A DNA stretch of 29,487 nucleotides from a virus: UHGV virus genome UHGV-0160150. The stretch is one strand, 5' to 3'. Every line of letters starts with the position of its first letter. The first letter of the stretch is position 1. The notes below the pieces were generated by a model, which had not been told where the DNA came from, did no database searches, and worked only from the letters and a program-made list of their open reading frames with translations. Shown here in pieces: positions 26,442 through 29,487 of this stretch. The translations under genes were made by a program, and so were the position numbers.

Positions 26442-26896
26442 TGATTACATTCAAACCAACGCGAAACATCGACCTGATAGAAGCAGTCGGAAATCACCCT
26501 GACATTATTGCCGGGAGCAACAACGGTGATGGATACGACTACAAGCCTGAATGCCGTTACTTTGAGGTTAACGTGCACGGTCAGTTTGGCGGCATTGTTT
26601 ACTATCAGGAGATTCAGCCGCTTACATTCGATTGCCACGCCATGTACCTGCCAGAGGTTCGCGGATTCAGCAAGGAAATCGGGCTGGCGTTCTGGCGATA
26701 CATTCTGACTAACACCACCGTTCAGTGCGTCACATCGTTCGCTGCACGCAAATTCCGCCACGGGCAGATGTACTGCGCAATGATTGGCCTTAAGCGTGTC
26801 GGAACCATCAAGAAATACTTCAAGGGCGTGGATGACGTGACGTTTTACAGCGCCACACGTGAAGAACTAATCGACTTCCTGAATCACGGGAGATAG
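26441..26896 (+). CDS. Virion assembly protein (P22 gp14-like position)
   Basis: 151 aa between the needle and ejection-protein genes; assigned by order only. Confidence 0.45.
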   Translation: MITFKPTRNIDLIEAVGNHPDIIAGSNNGDGYDYKPECRYFEVNVHGQFGGIVYYQEIQPLTFDCHAMYLPEVRGFSKEIGLAFWRYILTNTTVQCVTSFAARKFRHGQMYCAMIGLKRVGTIKKYFKGVDDVTFYSATREELIDFLNHGR

Positions 26897-26898
26897 CC

Positions 26899-27588
26899 AT
26901 GTTATATGCATTTAAGCTGGGCAGAAAACTGCGCGGCGAGGAACCTTATTGCCCTGAAAAAGGCGGGAAAGGTGGCTCTGATAAAAGCGCAAAGTATGCC
27001 GCAGAAGCTCAGAAGTATGCCGCAGACCTGCAAAATCAGCAGTTCAATACCATCATGAACAACCTGAAGCCGTTTACTCCTCTGGCTGGGAAGTATGTCG
27101 GCAGCCTTGAGAACTTATCGTCTCTGGAAGGCCAAGGTCAGGCACTTAACCAGTATTACAACTCTCAGCAGTACAAAGATCTTGCTGGTCAGGCTCGCTA
27201 TCAGAGTCTGGCGGCAGCGGAAGCAACAGGTGGATTGGGTTCCACCGCAACCAGTAATCAGTTAGCAACAATCGCACCAACGCTTGGTCAGCAATGGCTG
27301 TCTGGACAAATGAACAATTACAACAACCTGGCAAATATCGGTCTTGGCGCTCTTCAGGGGCAGGCAAACGCCGGGCAGACATATGCCAACAACATGAGCC
27401 AGATTTCACAGCAAAGCGCGGCTCTTGCAGCGGCAAACGCCAACCGACCGTCAGCATTGCGGCAGGGTGTTAGTGGTGCTGCATCCGGTGCGCTTTTGGG
27501 TGGTGGCATAGCCAGTGCTCTCGAGCTATCAACTCCGTGGGGTGCTGGTATCGGTGCTGGTCTTGGTCTGCTTGGCTCGTTGTTTTAA
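26899..27588 (+). CDS. Ejection / internal virion protein (P22 gp7-like)
   Basis: 229 aa, Gly/Ala/Gln-rich low-complexity protein; size and position fit P22 gp7. Confidence 0.65.
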   Translation: MLYAFKLGRKLRGEEPYCPEKGGKGGSDKSAKYAAEAQKYAADLQNQQFNTIMNNLKPFTPLAGKYVGSLENLSSLEGQGQALNQYYNSQQYKDLAGQARYQSLAAAEATGGLGSTATSNQLATIAPTLGQQWLSGQMNNYNNLANIGLGALQGQANAGQTYANNMSQISQQSAALAAANANRPSALRQGVSGAASGALLGGGIASALELSTPWGAGIGAGLGLLGSLF

Positions 27589-27598
27589 GGGGTAATCA

Positions 27599-29014
27599 AT
27601 GGCTACGTGGCAACAGGGTATTAATTCTGGTGGTTTTCTGGCTGGCATCGGTACGCAAAATGAGAATGCGCCAAAGGCAAGCGACATTAACGCAACGCTT
27701 GGTCTGATCCGCGAAAACAATGAACTGGCTCGATCAGGTGCAAATAACGTTGGTCTGACCGCGTTACGTGGTCTGGCTGGAGTTGCTGATATTTACAATC
27801 AGGAACAGCAACAGAAAGCTATTAGTGCGTTCAATAAGGTTCACGCTGATGCATGGGCTTCTGGTGATCCATCGGGACTATTTAAGTTTGCCCAGGAAAA
27901 TCCAGCGTTTGTTGCACAGGCACAACAGGCGTTTTCCGGTCTTAATGAGCAGCAACGCAACGATATGGGCGATTTAGCCATGAGGGCTAACGTCGCTCTT
28001 TCTCAGGGACCGGAAGCCTACAGTAAATTCATTACTGACAACAAGGACAGGTTAAATCGCGTGGGGGCGAATGCTGATTGGATGATTCAGACAGGTATCC
28101 AGAATCCAGAGCAGCTATCACACATGCTGACTACTATGTCTCTCGGTGCGCTTGGACCAGAAAAGGCGTTTGCTGTTCAGGATAATATGGCTGGTCGTGA
28201 AATTGACCGAGGCAGGCTGGCAGAGACAATCCGCAGCAATCAGGCTGGTGAAGCACTTCAGGCGAGAGGGCAAAACCTTTCCTATCAGTCAGCAATGACT
28301 GGGCACAATATCGCAGCACAACGCTTGGCTCTGGATCAGCAAGAGTTCGGGTTTAAGATGCAGCAAGCGCAGGAAAAGGCTCAGCAGTTGATTAGCGAAG
28401 CACCTAAGCTGTCAGTAAACATGGAAAAAGGCATCGAGACGGCTGTAAACAATGCTACAGCATCATCAAACTCAGCCAATTCTATGAGTGCGCTTGCTCA
28501 ACAGTTCAGAGCAGAAAAACCAACGACAGGTTTGTTCGGTAACGCACAGAACATGTTCGCAAAACTTACCGGAAGCGATACAACATTGCGTGATTTGCGC
28601 ATTCGCCAAAATGCCCTTGTTAACAGTCAGGTTCTTAAATTCCTACCTCCCGGCCCAGCAACGGATAAAGACGTTGAGATCGTTCGACAGGGTGCGCCAA
28701 CTGACATGGATAACCCTGAGACGGTCGCAAGATGGCTTGATGCAATGGCAAACCTTGAGCGACGAAACGCGCAGTTTAATGAGTTTAAAGCCGAGTGGAT
28801 GAGCGCGAATGGCAACCCTGGACAATCGCGTAATGGCGGTCAGATATTGGGGTTGGATGTTAAAAAAGGTGAATCATTGGGGAGTGCCGTTAAGCGGTAT
28901 ATGTCAATGAATACTGACGCAGCGCCAGCACAAGATTCGACACCTTCAGGAGAACCACGGAATCAGGTTGGATCATATACCTCAAAATCAGGCATTCAAT
29001 TTACGGTGGAATGA
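27599..29014 (+). CDS. Ejection / internal virion protein (P22 gp20-like)
   Basis: 471 aa; size and position fit P22 gp20. Confidence 0.65.
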   Translation: MATWQQGINSGGFLAGIGTQNENAPKASDINATLGLIRENNELARSGANNVGLTALRGLAGVADIYNQEQQQKAISAFNKVHADAWASGDPSGLFKFAQENPAFVAQAQQAFSGLNEQQRNDMGDLAMRANVALSQGPEAYSKFITDNKDRLNRVGANADWMIQTGIQNPEQLSHMLTTMSLGALGPEKAFAVQDNMAGREIDRGRLAETIRSNQAGEALQARGQNLSYQSAMTGHNIAAQRLALDQQEFGFKMQQAQEKAQQLISEAPKLSVNMEKGIETAVNNATASSNSANSMSALAQQFRAEKPTTGLFGNAQNMFAKLTGSDTTLRDLRIRQNALVNSQVLKFLPPGPATDKDVEIVRQGAPTDMDNPETVARWLDAMANLERRNAQFNEFKAEWMSANGNPGQSRNGGQILGLDVKKGESLGSAVKRYMSMNTDAAPAQDSTPSGEPRNQVGSYTSKSGIQFTVE

Positions 29015-29487
29015 TGAAAGTAACTGCAAATGGTAAGACATTTACCTTTCCTGATGGTACGAGCACGGAAGATATTGGGTCCGCCATTGATGAGTATTTT
29101 GCTGGTCAGTCAGCGCCAACACAACAAGGTGTTCAGCAATCGCCAGCAGACAACTCACTTGCATCAGGATATGCACAGCTTGCCACTCAGCAGAAGGAAG
29201 GACTAGATCGCTCTGCTGAGCAAGGGGCTGTTTTAGGTGCTGCAATGCGCGATGCCGTTACCGGTGAAAGCCGAATGACACCAGAAATGGAGAGACTGCA
29301 AAATGTTGGGGCTGCCCCTGAGTTGAACTCACTAAGCATGGATGCCCTGAAGGCTGGATGGTCTCAACTTTTCGGCTCCGACGCGTCTCAGGAAAAGATT
29401 CTTCAGAGTACCTGTGTGTCCTCGCTCATGGCGATGTTCATGTTTTCTGAAGCCTTCACCTCGCGGTCTACGAAACCGAGGTAAGAA
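29011..29487 (+). CDS. Ejection protein (P22 gp16-like), 5' partial, truncated at window end
   Basis: Begins [23 protein letters not shown]...; ATGA overlap with the upstream stop; open to the window edge. Confidence 0.65.

Noticed and set aside
1-29487. Integrase, excisionase or attachment site
   Set aside because: No tyrosine or serine recombinase-like ORF and no candidate att core within the window; the slice appears to start inside the early-left region and end inside the ejection-protein genes.

Overview
This window is an internal slice of a mosaic lambdoid temperate phage or prophage of an enterobacterial host; no integrase, att site, tRNA, rRNA or CRISPR array is visible. Left to right: a minus-strand early-left operon (partial Ead/Ea22-like gene, unknown genes, a Sak4-type ATPase plus DUF669-like recombination pair, lambda-like kil, cIII, ral, orf28, an AT-rich 120-aa unknown, and an N-like antiterminator); an immunity region (nutL, oL/pL, an AT-rich 98-aa membrane protein sitting where lambda carries rexAB, a LexA-like cI repressor, a divergent pRM/pR region with three ATAAC-N4-GTTAT operators, cro, nutR, cII); a replication module (O-like initiator with internal iteron ori, primase-helicase fusion, no P); an HNH-AP2 homing endonuclease; a lambda-like ninB-ninI, Q, pR', S, R, Rz/Rz1 block; a KilA-N cargo locus; and P22/Sf6-like packaging, head and ejection genes, truncated at the right edge. 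The most interesting candidates for undescribed function are the single-gene membrane-protein cassette co-oriented with cI and insulated by its own terminator, and the AT-rich 120-aa gene immediately after N. Identities are from reading the sequence and recalled family features; no database search was possible, so product names are hypotheses to confirm.
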